A stretch of 64,000 nucleotides of DNA from Eledone cirrhosa (Eukaryota), in assembly GCA_964016885.1 (NCBI GenBank), contig OZ024740.1, positions 25,978,001 through 26,042,000 on the forward strand, written 5' to 3'. Positions within the stretch are counted from its first letter, which is position 1; the number at the start of each line of letters is the position of its first letter. A program made the translations under genes and the position numbers. The notes beneath the pieces were generated by a model that searched no databases, had not been told where the DNA came from, and was given only the letters and a program-made list of their open reading frames with translations. This document shows, one piece after another, positions 50,504 to 64,000 of this stretch.

Positions 50504-52517
50504 CCTTGAATCTCAGTCATTGATGTTGGTTAACTGGAAAGTCCGTTGGATTGAATATCAAGCCACTACCTGCAGCCTCAGATATTCAGGACGTATCGGA
50601 GGGTTCTTGCCGTTCCAAGCAAGCATGCCTTTTGAAGCGTTCCAAAAAGCGTGAAGGGGCCGATTTTCTTTAACCATCCCTGGAAACCTTTGGAGATAGT
50701 CCCCAGTGCGCCTATGACAATCGGGATCACTTTGACTTCATGGCAGTTCCAAATCCTTTTCACCTCCCACTTTAGGTCCTGGTATCGGTTAATTTTCTCC
50801 CTCTTCTTCTCTTGCACTCTCGTGTCGAACGGGCAGGCCACATCCACAATCAGGCACGATCTTTTTTCTTTGTCCACAACCACCAGGTCAGGTCTATTGT
50901 GTTCCAGTTTTTTGTCCGTCTGTATCCTAAAATCCCACAGCACCTTCACCTGACTGTTCTCCATCACCGCCTCTGGCCTATGCTCATACCATTTCTCAGA
51001 ATGTGGTAGATTGTTTACTTTGCACAGGTGCCAGTGGATCACCCTGCCCATCACATCGTGTCTCCAGCCCTTATAGTGGGTCTGGGCTAGGTGTTTACAC
51101 TCGGACACAATGTGAGCCACAGTCTCCTCTCTCTCTCTCCACAGATCCTGCACAGTGGGCTAGCCTCCTCCTTGTAGATATGGTGCTTCAACCACTTCGT
51201 TTTGAGGGCCTGCTCCTGCGCAGCCATTAGCATTCCTTCTGTAGCCTTTTTGAGGTCTCCTCTTCTCAACCAGTTCCATGTCTGTGGATCTCTAAATTCA
51301 GTTTTCTCAAAGAAGGTACTATGAAGGGATTTTCCCTTAAGGCTGCTCTTCCTCCTTGATGTTATTTCCTCCTTGGATATCCCCTGGCCTACTGTCCCCT
51401 CCTTCAGTACAGCTCTGAGCATTGGCTCCTTACTATAGGTCACGTATTTGTATAGGTTGTTTTTCTCCATCTGAACACAGTCCTCTATGCTGATAAGACC
51501 TCTTCCACCCTCAGATCTCCTTAGGTAGAGTCTATCGACATCACTCCTCTTGTGGAACATGTTGTAGATAGTCAATAGCTTCCTAGTCTTCCTATCCATT
51601 TCTTTTTGTTCAGCAACATTCCATCTCAGAATTCCCGCACTGTACCTAATAATAGACACAGCTCGGGAATTTACTGTGCTTATGGCATTTCTGCTGTTCA
51701 GATGTGACTTCAATACGCTCCTTACTCTCCGAATGTATTCAGTTCTTAACAATTCCTTCATTTTTTTGTTCTTTATGCCATCAGCCTCCAGAACGCCCAA
51801 ATACTTGTATCCTTCCTCAGAGTCAATTTCCTTTATCATCTCACCTGTTGGTATCAGAATCCCGTTACTTCCGCTCAACCTACCCCTCCTCATCACAATG
51901 ACTCCACATTTACCAATACCAAACTGCATACATATATCACTGCTGAAAATACGGACAGTGTCAACAAGCACATCCAACTCCTTCTCACTTTTCCCGAAGA
52001 GCTTAAGATCGTCCATGAAGAGGAGGTGATTGATGGTAAGCTCTCCCCTTCCCAACTTGTATCCTGCTCTCACTTTTCGCAGCATAATGGTCAAGGGCAT
52101 CAGGGCAAGGACAAACAACAGAGGGGACAGGCTATCTCCCTGGAAGATACCTCTCTTGATCCTCACGCTTCCCAGGGATACTCCAGTTGATGTCAACTCT
52201 GTCTCCCAGGACCCCATACTCCTGCCCAGCAACTGTCTGATGTTATCTGCCACCCTGAAGATCTCCAGGCTTTTGGTGATCCAGGAATGAGGCACCATGT
52301 CAAATGCCTTTCTGTAGTCTATCCATCCCATGGCAAGATCAGTGTGTCTCCTCCTGCAATTCCCCATTACCATCTTATCAATAAGCAACTGGTCCTTTGT
52401 ACCACGTGACTTCTTTCGGCATCCTTTCTGTTCGTCCGGCAACAAGTTGTTTGTGTGGAGGTGATGGTAGATTTCCTCAGACACAATGCTCGTCAACAGT
52501 TTCCACATTACGGGCAG
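50504..52517 (-). mobile_element. Dong family I copy F, 5'-truncated within RT
   Basis: ORFs 51087-52520 and 50578-51153, with a frameshift in a CT run. Flanked by (TAA)n. Confidence 0.92.
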
Positions 52518-52523
52518 CATTAC

Positions 52524-52573
<50 letters not shown>

Positions 52574-52922
52574 GTCTTCTTCTTTACACACACACATATG
52601 GCTAGATAATGCGTCTTCTTACACCTATTTGAGAAATATTACAAAAGTCTGTTGGGGGAAACAGATTTAATTCTTCCAATATGTATGCATGTATGTTGCA
52701 GCTCACACCTATGCAGGTTTAGCTGGCCTCCTCCAAGGTATATCTCGCTGGAGGTATCTTGGGTAAGGCCACAGCATAACCATATCATGGCCATCGGTCG
52801 CAAGATGGCACTGTCAAAAGTGTAGAAATGTATTAAAAAAGTGGCCGCAAATATACTTTAGATCCGAACTCGTAGCATGCATTCTTATTTATGAAATTAT
52901 GATATGGGGGTGTGGATATAAT

Positions 52923-53162
52923 GGGCGGTGGATTGGTAGTATCGGTAGAGGGTCGGACGCCATGCTTTGCTACACAGAGACATAGAGTTACGGCCCTTTA
53001 TGATCTGAGTTCAAATCCCGCCGTGGTTAACTTTGCCTTTCAACCTCACGGGGTCGATAAAATAAAGTACCAGTCATATATATATATATTTATTTATGTA
53101 TATATATCGACTTTCCCCTCCCCAAATTTGCTGGCCTTGTGCCTATATAAGAAACCATTATT
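52923..53162 (+). mobile_element. tRNA-derived SINE, family 1
   Basis: GAGTTCAAATCCC B box and the conserved GGGGTCGATAAAATAAAGTACCAGT core. Confidence 0.85.
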
Positions 53163-53418
53163 ATATGGGGTGTTGGGCAAGGCGTGGATGTGCATGATGT
53201 TGCAACATACATTATGTTTAAATTCAAGCAGAACTAGATCAGTTGAACAGTTGTTCAGAGATTAACTTGTCAAAAAATGTCAGACATCGAAAAACTTCAA
53301 GAGATTAGGATACAGTATTTCATTGGATAACCATGTGATGTCTCTTTGCAGAAACTATGTCAAGGCAGACAGGTCGGTACAGAGTGTGTGTGTGGGGGGT
53401 GGGGGGGTATTGTAGGTC

Positions 53419-53552
53419 GAGAAGAAGAAGAAGAAGAAGAAGAAGAAGAAGAAGAAGAAGAAGAAGAAGAAGAAGAAGAAGAAGAAGAAGAAGAAGAAGA
53501 AGAAGAAGAAGAAGAAGAAGAAGAAGAAGAAGAAGAAGAAGAAGAAGAAGAA
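53419..53552. repeat. (GAA)n microsatellite
   Basis: Pure trinucleotide run. Confidence 0.97.
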
Positions 53553-53959
53553 TGTAATCCAGTTAGAAATAAAGACAAACTACTTTATAATACTGCGGCT
53601 ATTACAAATGCCATCCTAAAAATATATGTTTTTAATCTTTAAAGGAAACTTCTGCTGGAAATAGACGTCTTGAGGGCTCTGCCCTTCTTCTGGGGATATA
53701 TTTGTGGCCATTATAGAGGAAAATAGAACAAACTAAATGTCGTCGTCATCATAATCCACCTCCTCCGCATCATCACCATCGTCGTAGTCATTGTTGTCAT
53801 CTCATCATCATCGCCGTCGGCAGGAGAGCGGGTCAAGAGGAGAATACTAAGTTTTGAGGCCCACATGGCAACCCCTACAGAAACTGTTTTTTTCTTCCGC
53901 CTCCTCCTCCACATCATCATCATCGTGGTAGTCATTGTCAGCTCATCATCATTGCCGAC

Positions 53960-53991
<32 letters not shown>

Positions 53992-54143
53992 GATCATCAA
54001 CGTCGTTGTCATTGTCATCTAATCATCATTGCCGTTGTCGTCATCATTAACGTCATCGTTGAATCCACTTCCTTAGATTACCATTATTAGGATTTGACCA
54101 TCAGAATTGTCATGTTTACGATGATGATGATCATCATTATCAT

Positions 54144-54179
<36 letters not shown>

Positions 54180-54184
54180 TTGGC

Positions 54185-54508
54185 CCCACTCGGTTAAGAA
54201 TGACTATGGTTTGAACCTAGAAAGATTTCCTCCGAGGCACAAGCCTGGGCAGTTTGTTTTTGTGGAAGACCACCAGTCGCCCTTGCATACCAGTCTCCCC
54301 TCTCCACGCCACCGATGTTGTCCAAGGGAAAGGCACTGACCGATACAGCTTGGCACCAGTGACGTCGCAACTCATTTCTACAGATGAGTAAACTGGAGCA
54401 ACGTGAAATAAAGTGTCTTGCTCAAGGACACAATGCTTCACCCGGTCCGAGAATCGAGCTCACAACCTCTCAATTGCAAGCCCAATGCTCTAACCACTAA
54501 GCCATATG

Positions 54509-54512
<4 letters not shown>
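54185..54512 (-). mobile_element. tRNA-derived SINE with CORE-like domain
   Basis: Minus strand TGGCTTAGTGGTTAGAGC (A box), a decayed B box, and TGTGTCCTTGAGCAAGACACTT. Confidence 0.75.
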
Positions 54513-54582
<70 letters not shown>

Positions 54583-55487
54583 CAAACACACAAACACACA
54601 CACACACATATATATGTGGTTTGTATTAACTTATATAACAGCTGTGTTTTAGGGAGCAACATCAGTAATCAGCCTGTGACATATCACTGAATTGTAGCAG
54701 CATGAGTAAATTTCATCTTAAATTTTGTTCATGTTATCTTGTTTATAACCATATGATTTCTGTTGAGGTAATAGCTGCCTGATGAGGTCGTAACTGTTAC
54801 ATAACAGTTAGCGTTGAAATAAAGAAATCGTATGTGCAACAAAAATTGAGTTAAATTCAAACCTATTCACTTATACTTCATTGTTATACAAACCATTTGA
54901 AATACACAAACCTACATGTATACTACTAATATTACTATATATATATATAAATATATATATGTGTGTGTGTGTGCGCGCGCGCGTATGCGTATGTGTGTAA
55001 ATTATAGACATATAATGTTATACGGAGATATATACCGACAACGGTTATACATAAATAGATAGATACATACATATATACATACATAAATGCATAATACATA
55101 CATATATACATACATAAATACATACATATATGCATATATACATAAATACATATATATATATATCCAACACATAAATGCATGCACACATATATAAATATCT
55201 ACAAACATACATAGATACATACATAAATAGATAGAAACATACTTACATACGTATGTAAATAATTAAATAAATAAGTACTGTCAGATTGCTATAGAAGCAT
55301 GAAAAGACATATAAATGTAGATATAGAGATAAATTGATAAAACTAGATGTGTTTATATATTTAAAACATAAATAAATGATATATTTGTTATAGGCAGCAC
55401 AAATAAATATCTAATATAATTCTGGAGAGAGGTGTAAACAATAACGTGTAATGTTAGGAAATTTGGTGACGATGATGATGATGATGG

Positions 55488-55519
<32 letters not shown>

Positions 55520-55726
55520 GTCGTGATGATGGTAGTGATAATATTATTACTACTTACATACATACACACATATGTATATATATATACATATATGAGTGTG
55601 TGTGAGGTGTTTATTGACATATATATATATATTATGGAATACTGTTGGCTTCTTGCTACTTTAATCTCTATACATTTCATTTATATTTATTATATATAAA
55701 TATACATATAGATACATATAAATATG

Positions 55727-55769
<43 letters not shown>

Positions 55770-55770
55770 T

Positions 55771-55865
<95 letters not shown>

Positions 55866-55916
55866 GTATATATATATGCATATATATTTTTATATATATA
55901 TATTTATTTATTTATG

Positions 55917-55975
<59 letters not shown>

Positions 55976-55988
55976 TTATTTATTTATG

Positions 55989-56043
<55 letters not shown>

Positions 56044-56050
56044 GTATATA

Positions 56051-56117
<67 letters not shown>

Positions 56118-56126
56118 TTATTTATG

Positions 56127-56174
<48 letters not shown>

Positions 56175-56286
56175 CATGTGCGTGGGTGTGTGCCTGTCTG
56201 AGTGGTTCTATGCATGCGTATGTGTGTGTGTCTGTTAGTAATTCTGCGTAATTTGTACATTTCTATATATAATTACACACACACAC

Positions 56287-56391
<105 letters not shown>

Positions 56392-56688
56392 TGTATATGT
56401 ATATATATATATATATGACAAGTATGTATGTTTTGAAACGGTGAGCAGGTTTGAAATTAGAAAATAGAATAGCTTTCACCGTATTTTTGACTAAAGAAAT
56501 GTTAGCCTGATAATGAGATTTAGAATCCTCAGATAAATGGAAAAGGGTGAGTATTGACGTACACACATATATATGCTGCGTTTGTCTGTTTCTCTCTTGC
56601 TGCTTCCCTGCTCTCTCTGTTTCTCTCACCTTCTATCGCCCCCTCTGTCAATTACACTTTCTCTCGACTGACCTCTTCCTCACACTTC

Positions 56689-57079
56689 CACTCATTCACT
56701 CTCTGTTTTCTCCCCTTCTCACTTCCTCCCGCTTGGCTTGTGTGGGTCTCTTCTTGCTTACATCTCACACACATCGAAACGGTCTGTACCTTCTCTCGCT
56801 CATGAAATCCGCCCAGTTTATGCTGATCGGACAACCATGCTGCTTGTGTATTTTCCTATCTTCGGTTTGCTTTTATCCTTCTATGTTGTTTACTTGTCCG
56901 CCTCGCTTTACGCGAATTACTGGTCCGAATCACTTTTTTTAGTTATTGCTCGCACCAACCTGAGGTATCTGATTTTTAATGCGATGAAATACCAATGATG
57001 GTTGGAAAATCACTGACGAAGGACTATTTTTATCATATGTAACCCATGTGCAAACCACGCAGTATTCTTCTTTCTTCTC

Positions 57080-57086
<7 letters not shown>
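56689..57086 (+). repeat. Dispersed (TA)n-anchored repeat, copy 2
   Basis: Inverted homolog of 20486-20868. CTGACGAAGG at 57013. Confidence 0.75.
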
Positions 57087-57120
<34 letters not shown>

Positions 57121-57155
57121 GTGTGTATAAATATATATATATGCATATATATATA

Positions 57156-57207
<52 letters not shown>

Positions 57208-57237
57208 ATGTGTGTGTGTATAAATATATATATATGC

Positions 57238-57329
<92 letters not shown>

Positions 57330-57397
57330 GTATAAATATTTATGTATGTATAAATATATATATATATATGTATATATATATATGTGTATATATATAC

Positions 57398-58003
57398 GTC
57401 AGGTCACCACTTGGTGCTACTGGTAACATGTATCCCAGTACAACCTGTTTCATGGTCGGGTTGTTGACGACTAAACTGGCAACCCCACCAAGGTTTCTTG
57501 GTGAGGAGGGTGACTTTGGGTATCCTGCAGGACTAAAAACAAATCCTGTCAAAGGCAAAAGGAGAGCTTAAGAGTCAATGGCCATCCAAAATCAGCGGGA
57601 GAGATGACCCCTTAGCCTTTGTCAAGGCAGAATTCTAGGAGAAGGAAAACTCTGATATAACACCTGCAACCCTGATGGTATCCAATGATGTTGACTTGTT
57701 CTTCTTTTTGGTAAATATCATCTTGGTTAAGAGACTGGGACTGGCTTTGTGCAGTGCCTTTGCTCACTATAAAAGCTTCACGGCACAGGCATTGCTTTAT
57801 ATCTGCAGATCTCTCTGCACTTGTCGTCACATGGTACCATGGGCCCAGCACTGTGTCAATAACTGTCACAAGTGTAGTGTTTGTACCAGAGTTTTCAAGT
57901 CGTTGGCTGGACTAAAAAGTCACACTCGTTCAGCGCATCGGTAAGTGTTCTCCTACATGGATATAAAGTAGTGGCAGTACTCGAAAACGAGTTGGCTGCC
58001 ACC
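57398..58003 (+). mobile_element. Probable non-autonomous RTE-derived element (5' UTR-like part joined to the ORF C-terminal C2H2 and 3' stem-loop)
   Basis: [22 protein letters not shown] ends at 57944. 3' hairpin GGCAG-TACTCG-AAAA-CGAGT-TG-GCTGCC. (TA)n on both sides. Confidence 0.5.
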
Positions 58004-58028
58004 ATATATATACGTATATATATATATG

Positions 58029-58223
<195 letters not shown>

Positions 58224-58235
58224 ATATATATACAC

Positions 58236-58273
<38 letters not shown>

Positions 58274-58279
58274 ATATAT

Positions 58280-58338
<59 letters not shown>

Positions 58339-59154
58339 CTGTCTACAAAACAAAAGGAGTGAGAGGGGTGTAAGGGATGGTGAGGTGTGAGGAGAATCAA
58401 ATACAACTTATTGATATTAATTTCTTAGAAACACAACACAATATTTCTTTCACCATTTTCCAGCCATTTCTTCATGTTATGTCTCTCTGATATGTTTTGC
58501 TTTTATAATATTTTCATATTTATTTATTCGGGAATTTCCGGTTGTTTTCGGATTTCGATCTCTGGTTATTTTTCTTTGTTTCGTCATGTTTTTCTTTTGA
58601 TTGTTGTGTGCGTGTCTGTGTATGTGTGTGTGTGTGTGTGTTTGTGTGTATGCGTGTGTATATATGTGTATATATATGTGTGTGTATGTGTGTATGTGTG
58701 TGTATGTGTGTATATATGTGTGTGTACTTGTGTGTATATGTGTGTGAGTATATATATATGTGTTTGTGTGTATATATATGTGTTTGTGTGTATATATATA
58801 TGTGTGTTTGTGTGTGCGGGTGTGTGTTTGTGTGTGTGTATATATATGTGTGTGTGTGTGTATATATATATGTGTGTGTGTGTATGTGTGTATGTGTGTG
58901 TCTTTGTCTGTGTGTTCGTGTGTGTCTGTGTGTGTGTTTGTGTGGTGTGTGGGCATGTGTTCGTGTCTGTGTGTGTGTGTCCGTGTGTGTTTATTTGTGT
59001 ATCTTTTGCTCCGTTTTGCTATTTTTTCCTTGTTTTATCAATTATTAAAATCAACAATAACATCAGAAGGATATTTTTTTTATATTTGTTCACTCCGACA
59101 GTAATAACTTTATCAAAGAAAACATTAAGAACAGGAATAACAACAAAAAAACAC

Positions 59155-59185
59155 CTACTACTACTACTACTACTACTACTACTAT

Positions 59186-59217
<32 letters not shown>

Positions 59218-59218
59218 T

Positions 59219-59259
<41 letters not shown>

Positions 59260-59545
59260 TTACTAATGCTACTAATGCTACTACTACTACTACCACCACC
59301 ACCGCCCCCAATACTAATACTAATGATTGTTTCTACTCCTGGCACAAGGCCAGCAGTTAACCAGTACATTACTGGTACTTTATTTTATCGACCCCGTAAG
59401 AATGAAAGGCAAAGTTAACTTCGGCGGGATTTGAACTCAGAACATAAAGGGACGTAACTCTAGGCCGTAAAGCATGGCGTCCGACCCTCTACCGATACTG
59501 CCAATCGCCCGCCCTTGTGCCGATCCCTAACGCCTCCACCACCAA

Positions 59546-59588
<43 letters not shown>

Positions 59589-59594
59589 GCTACG

Positions 59595-59627
<33 letters not shown>

Positions 59628-59767
59628 GCCGCCACCACCACCAATACTACTACTACTACTGCCGCCACCACCACCAATACTACTACTACTACTACGACTA
59701 CTACTACTGCTACTACTACTACTACTACTGCTGATGCTACTACTACTACTACTACTACTACCACTAC

Positions 59768-59803
<36 letters not shown>

Positions 59804-59822
59804 TATTACTGCTGCTGCTACG

Positions 59823-59882
<60 letters not shown>

Positions 59883-59932
59883 GCTACTGCTGCTACTACT
59901 ACTACTACTACTACGACTACTACGACTACTAG

Positions 59933-59969
<37 letters not shown>

Positions 59970-59982
59970 GCTGCTGATGCTG

Positions 59983-60020
<38 letters not shown>

Positions 60021-60049
60021 GCTGCTGCTGCTACTACTACTACTACTGA

Positions 60050-60083
<34 letters not shown>

Positions 60084-60096
60084 GATGCTGCTGCTG

Positions 60097-60155
<59 letters not shown>

Positions 60156-60156
60156 G

Positions 60157-60193
<37 letters not shown>

Positions 60194-60199
60194 CACTAC

Positions 60200-60235
<36 letters not shown>

Positions 60236-60254
60236 TATTACTGCTGCTGCTACG

Positions 60255-60305
<51 letters not shown>

Positions 60306-60353
60306 GCTGCTACTGCTGCTACTACTACTACTACTACTACTACGACTACTACG

Positions 60354-60389
<36 letters not shown>

Positions 60390-60399
60390 GCTGCTGCTG

Positions 60400-60473
<74 letters not shown>

Positions 60474-60493
60474 ACTACTACTACTACTACTGA

Positions 60494-60548
<55 letters not shown>

Positions 60549-60558
60549 GATGCTGCTG

Positions 60559-60596
<38 letters not shown>

Positions 60597-60597
60597 G

Positions 60598-60654
<57 letters not shown>
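59155..60654. repeat. Compound (CTA/CTG)n microsatellite interrupted by a SINE
   Basis: About 1.3 kb of trinucleotide repeat with variant units. Confidence 0.95.
59325..59514 (-). mobile_element. tRNA-derived SINE, family 1
   Basis: Reverse complement of the family 1 motifs. Confidence 0.85.
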
Positions 60655-60656
<2 letters not shown>

Positions 60657-60984
60657 GCACATCTACCACTGCCAACATCGCCAACTACACTAATAAAAAC
60701 AACAATTCCTATGACTATCAACAACTTTCGATATCTGCCCCTTCAAAAGCACCACCATCACCACCGCCATTGTCTCTACAATCATAGTGACAACGATATC
60801 AACAACAACAACAGCAACATCAGCATTGCTCTACAAGAGAATCCTAAACACATCCTTAAATATATTATTGAGTGTTGATCTTTGCATAAATGTTGTAGTC
60901 CTAGATATATGAATACGACGGTTATAGGTTCAGCTGGAACACCTTCGATCAGGGCACACAAGTCTAAAACATCTGAATACGAAT

Positions 60985-61170
60985 ATTGGCAGTATCGGTA
61001 GAGGGTCGGACGCCATGCTTTGCAGCTAAGAGTTACGCCCCTTTATTGTCTTTGTTCAAATCCCGCCGAGGTTAACTCTGCCTTTCATCCTTACGAGGTC
61101 GATAAAATAATAATACCAGTAATACACTGAGATAATTGCTGGCCTTGTGCCAAATGTAGAAACAATTATA
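60985..61170 (+). mobile_element. tRNA-derived SINE, family 1
   Basis: TGGCAGTATCGGTAGAG...GTTCAAATCCC...GTCGATAAAATAA. Confidence 0.85.
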
Positions 61171-62179
61171 TAAAGGCTGAAAATACTATACAAGGAGATT
61201 AAAACTGCTAACAATAGCAGTCAAATTTTCTTTAAATGACACTATCATTTTGAATAGAGAAAATATTAGGCAATATATTATATGTTATATAAAACACATT
61301 TACGTTGGTCAAAGCTGGAACGACATTATTCAAACGTCTGCTCAGAGTTGAGCCGCAGCTAGACAGCAACATTGCATAACGTATTATATATATATATATA
61401 TATACTAGCTCGCCCGCCCGGCTGGGGTACGGCTAGGTATACCGGCATTTTATCTTTTCAGGAATCCCCTCTACACTCCAGTGCAAAGATACCGCACGCC
61501 CTCTCAAGTCAGCGAGGGGGGGGGGGGGGTTAGCGTACTCTGATGTTGGGTTTGAATAGTTTTTAGGGTTCCCCAGTTCAGCAGACAGTACTTTAAATAA
61601 AATTGATAGTTACAACAATAAAGGCTGAACAGAGAACACATTTTTTAACAAACAATAATTTGTACAACCATAATGGAAAAGCCAAGTAACAGAAACTATT
61701 TAAATTACATTGTTAGAGCCTCAGAGTATACAATGTTTTTTGTTCGGCCCTCCGGAGCAAAGATGAAGAGATTGTTTGGCGAGCTCACCTTAGAGCATCC
61801 TATATACAATTGACCATGGGAGAATCACTGATCTCGTAGCTCGTCTCGCAGAGAGGCCCTGTAGACGTTTACCTCTGGACACTCCTGTCAAGAGCAGGTA
61901 AGCTGTAGTGACTTAAAGGCCTACCACTAATCTCCAGGACAGTGTTTTCAAGACAAATGAGCGCCTCATTGAAAACGACATCGTATGTTACGTTTGGATT
62001 GTGTCTGCGTGTGCGGTGGAGGATGTCCTCAGCTAGTCTTTCACGGTGGTTGTTCGATAGAGCTTGTGAGTACTCTGTACTATGGATAGTTTTAACCTGA
62101 TCAATGAAACAATTGTTTGATACTGTAAATAAAACGCTATTTGTACAGGCGACAATGTTATCCTACACTCTTTCACGAC

Positions 62180-62558
<379 letters not shown>

Positions 62559-62599
62559 ATATATATATAACCAATGGTTAATATGGTTCGTTGACTAAT

Positions 62600-62732
<133 letters not shown>

Positions 62733-63473
62733 TCAGGTTATCAATAATGTATTGATAATATCGTTACGTTAGAGATGAACAGCGTACGTGCAGGTTTGCT
62801 CAACGAGTATAAATTATATTCCGGAGAAATGTAGAAAGGATGAATATAAAATGAAAGTGCTTTTGTTAAAAAAAGGAATTTATTAGGTATTGACATATGT
62901 TTCTGTAACAGACCGAATACCTATGTATCGCTGCTTGCGTAATCATATAATGTTAGCAAGTATTCGATAGCAAATGTATAATCAGTTGTCACTTCTTCAG
63001 AGATTTTGGATAAACTGGATAAAATCAGAAAAATTGAAGTATTTATATTAGTAAAAGAGGAAGGAACAGAGGGGATAGAATATGACAGATGGTAAAATAA
63101 TTTACTGCTAAACAAGTATATAATGGGTTTTTAATGAGAATACCATGAGTAAATCTAAATAAGAATTTTGGGGGTGCCGATTTTAATCTCTACTTGACCA
63201 ACTGGACAGTGGACAGGGCTGGTCATTTGGTGCAGTAGTATTAATCATAAAGTGTCAATTGGGGAAGGGGGAGATTTCGATTGCTACTAAATAACATCAA
63301 TGCTAGTAGTCAGCTGGTATTTGCACTAGGGAATTGAATCAAAAAATCAGAAATCTCATTTTATCTATAGCAGTTTGTATTAAAAGGTAAATAATAGAAG
63401 AGTTGATAGAATTAAGACTAATAAAGAATGTTCATATCTATTTTGACAATCAAACGGGGATAGAGACAGGCGT

Positions 63474-63860
63474 TCAATCCTGGTAGTATTTATAATATGA
63501 AAATGTAGATTTTAAGCGATGGTTACAGTATAACGATCGCTCTATTCTGTTATTTAATAAAATGTTTTTGGATTTCATAATACAAAATAATTCTACATTA
63601 CATAATCTACAAAATTCCTGTCCATTGAAATATGGGGGGGCAGACGCTATTATATCCCATTTTAGGTGAAATTGTTGGTTATTTTCACGCAGCTGCCAAG
63701 CTTTGTCTGCGAGTGTTGTTACATAACGCTGGTTTTCATGTTTTATCGAATAACGATGTCTATAAAGGCGTGATTTAAAGGAGGTGGCTGTAGATCCCAC
63801 ATAGTACCACTTCTGTCTATCCGATTCGATAGTACATTTGTATAGTACATTTATACATTT
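63474..63860 (-). pseudogene. Second Naiad-type PLE, GIY-YIG domain only, 5'-truncated; 3' UTR runs toward the (TA)n at ~62730
   Basis: KCINVLYKC...YYVGSTATSFKSRLYRH...CRLCNVE...CNHR is homologous to the C-terminus of 1375-2997. Confidence 0.85.
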
Positions 63861-64000
63861 GTAGATTATGTAATGTAGAATTATTTTGTATTATGAAATC
63901 CAAAAACATTTTATTAAATAACAGAATAGAGCGATCGTTATACTGTAACCATCGCTTAAAATCTACATTTTCATATTATAAATACTACCAGGATTGAACG
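63857..64000 (+). repeat. Inverted duplicate of 63471-63613 (5' inversion of the second PLE; runs off the window)
   Basis: TTTGTAGATTATG...GGATTGAACG is the reverse complement of 63471-63613. Confidence 0.9.

Noticed and set aside
56985-57030. Permuted hammerhead (GAAA before CTGACGA)
   Set aside because: Stem III closure, NUH triplet and stem I/II pairings do not fit.
61404-61450. Helitron 3' end (ACTAG plus GC-rich stretch)
   Set aside because: No convincing hairpin or matching 5' TC end could be identified.

Overview
AT-rich, microsatellite-saturated animal DNA. The SINE families and the (TA)n/(CA)n/(TAA)n density suggest an octopus-like cephalopod (inference). No host protein-coding gene can be supported, and most short ORFs are microsatellite or antisense artefacts. 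Two transposon systems dominate. (1) Penelope-like elements (Naiad type, RT plus C-terminal GIY-YIG) at both window ends, with many small non-coding fold-back/palindromic elements in (TA)n tracts. Most of these carry a minimal type I hammerhead ribozyme motif (CUGANGA-stem II-GAAA-palindromic stem III-NUH). Three are hairpins folded back inside hammerhead stem II and keep only the 3' half of the ribozyme. (2) A ~28.5-kb array (24006-52572) in which two L1/Tx1-type LINEs (+ strand) and six R4/Dong-type RLE retrotransposon copies (- strand) abut at (ATT)n tracts, with evidence of 5' UTR exchange between two divergent Dong families. Also present: tRNA-derived SINEs, a non-autonomous Helitron, CR1/CRE/RTE remnants and two minisatellites. 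All calls are by eye; no database search was run.
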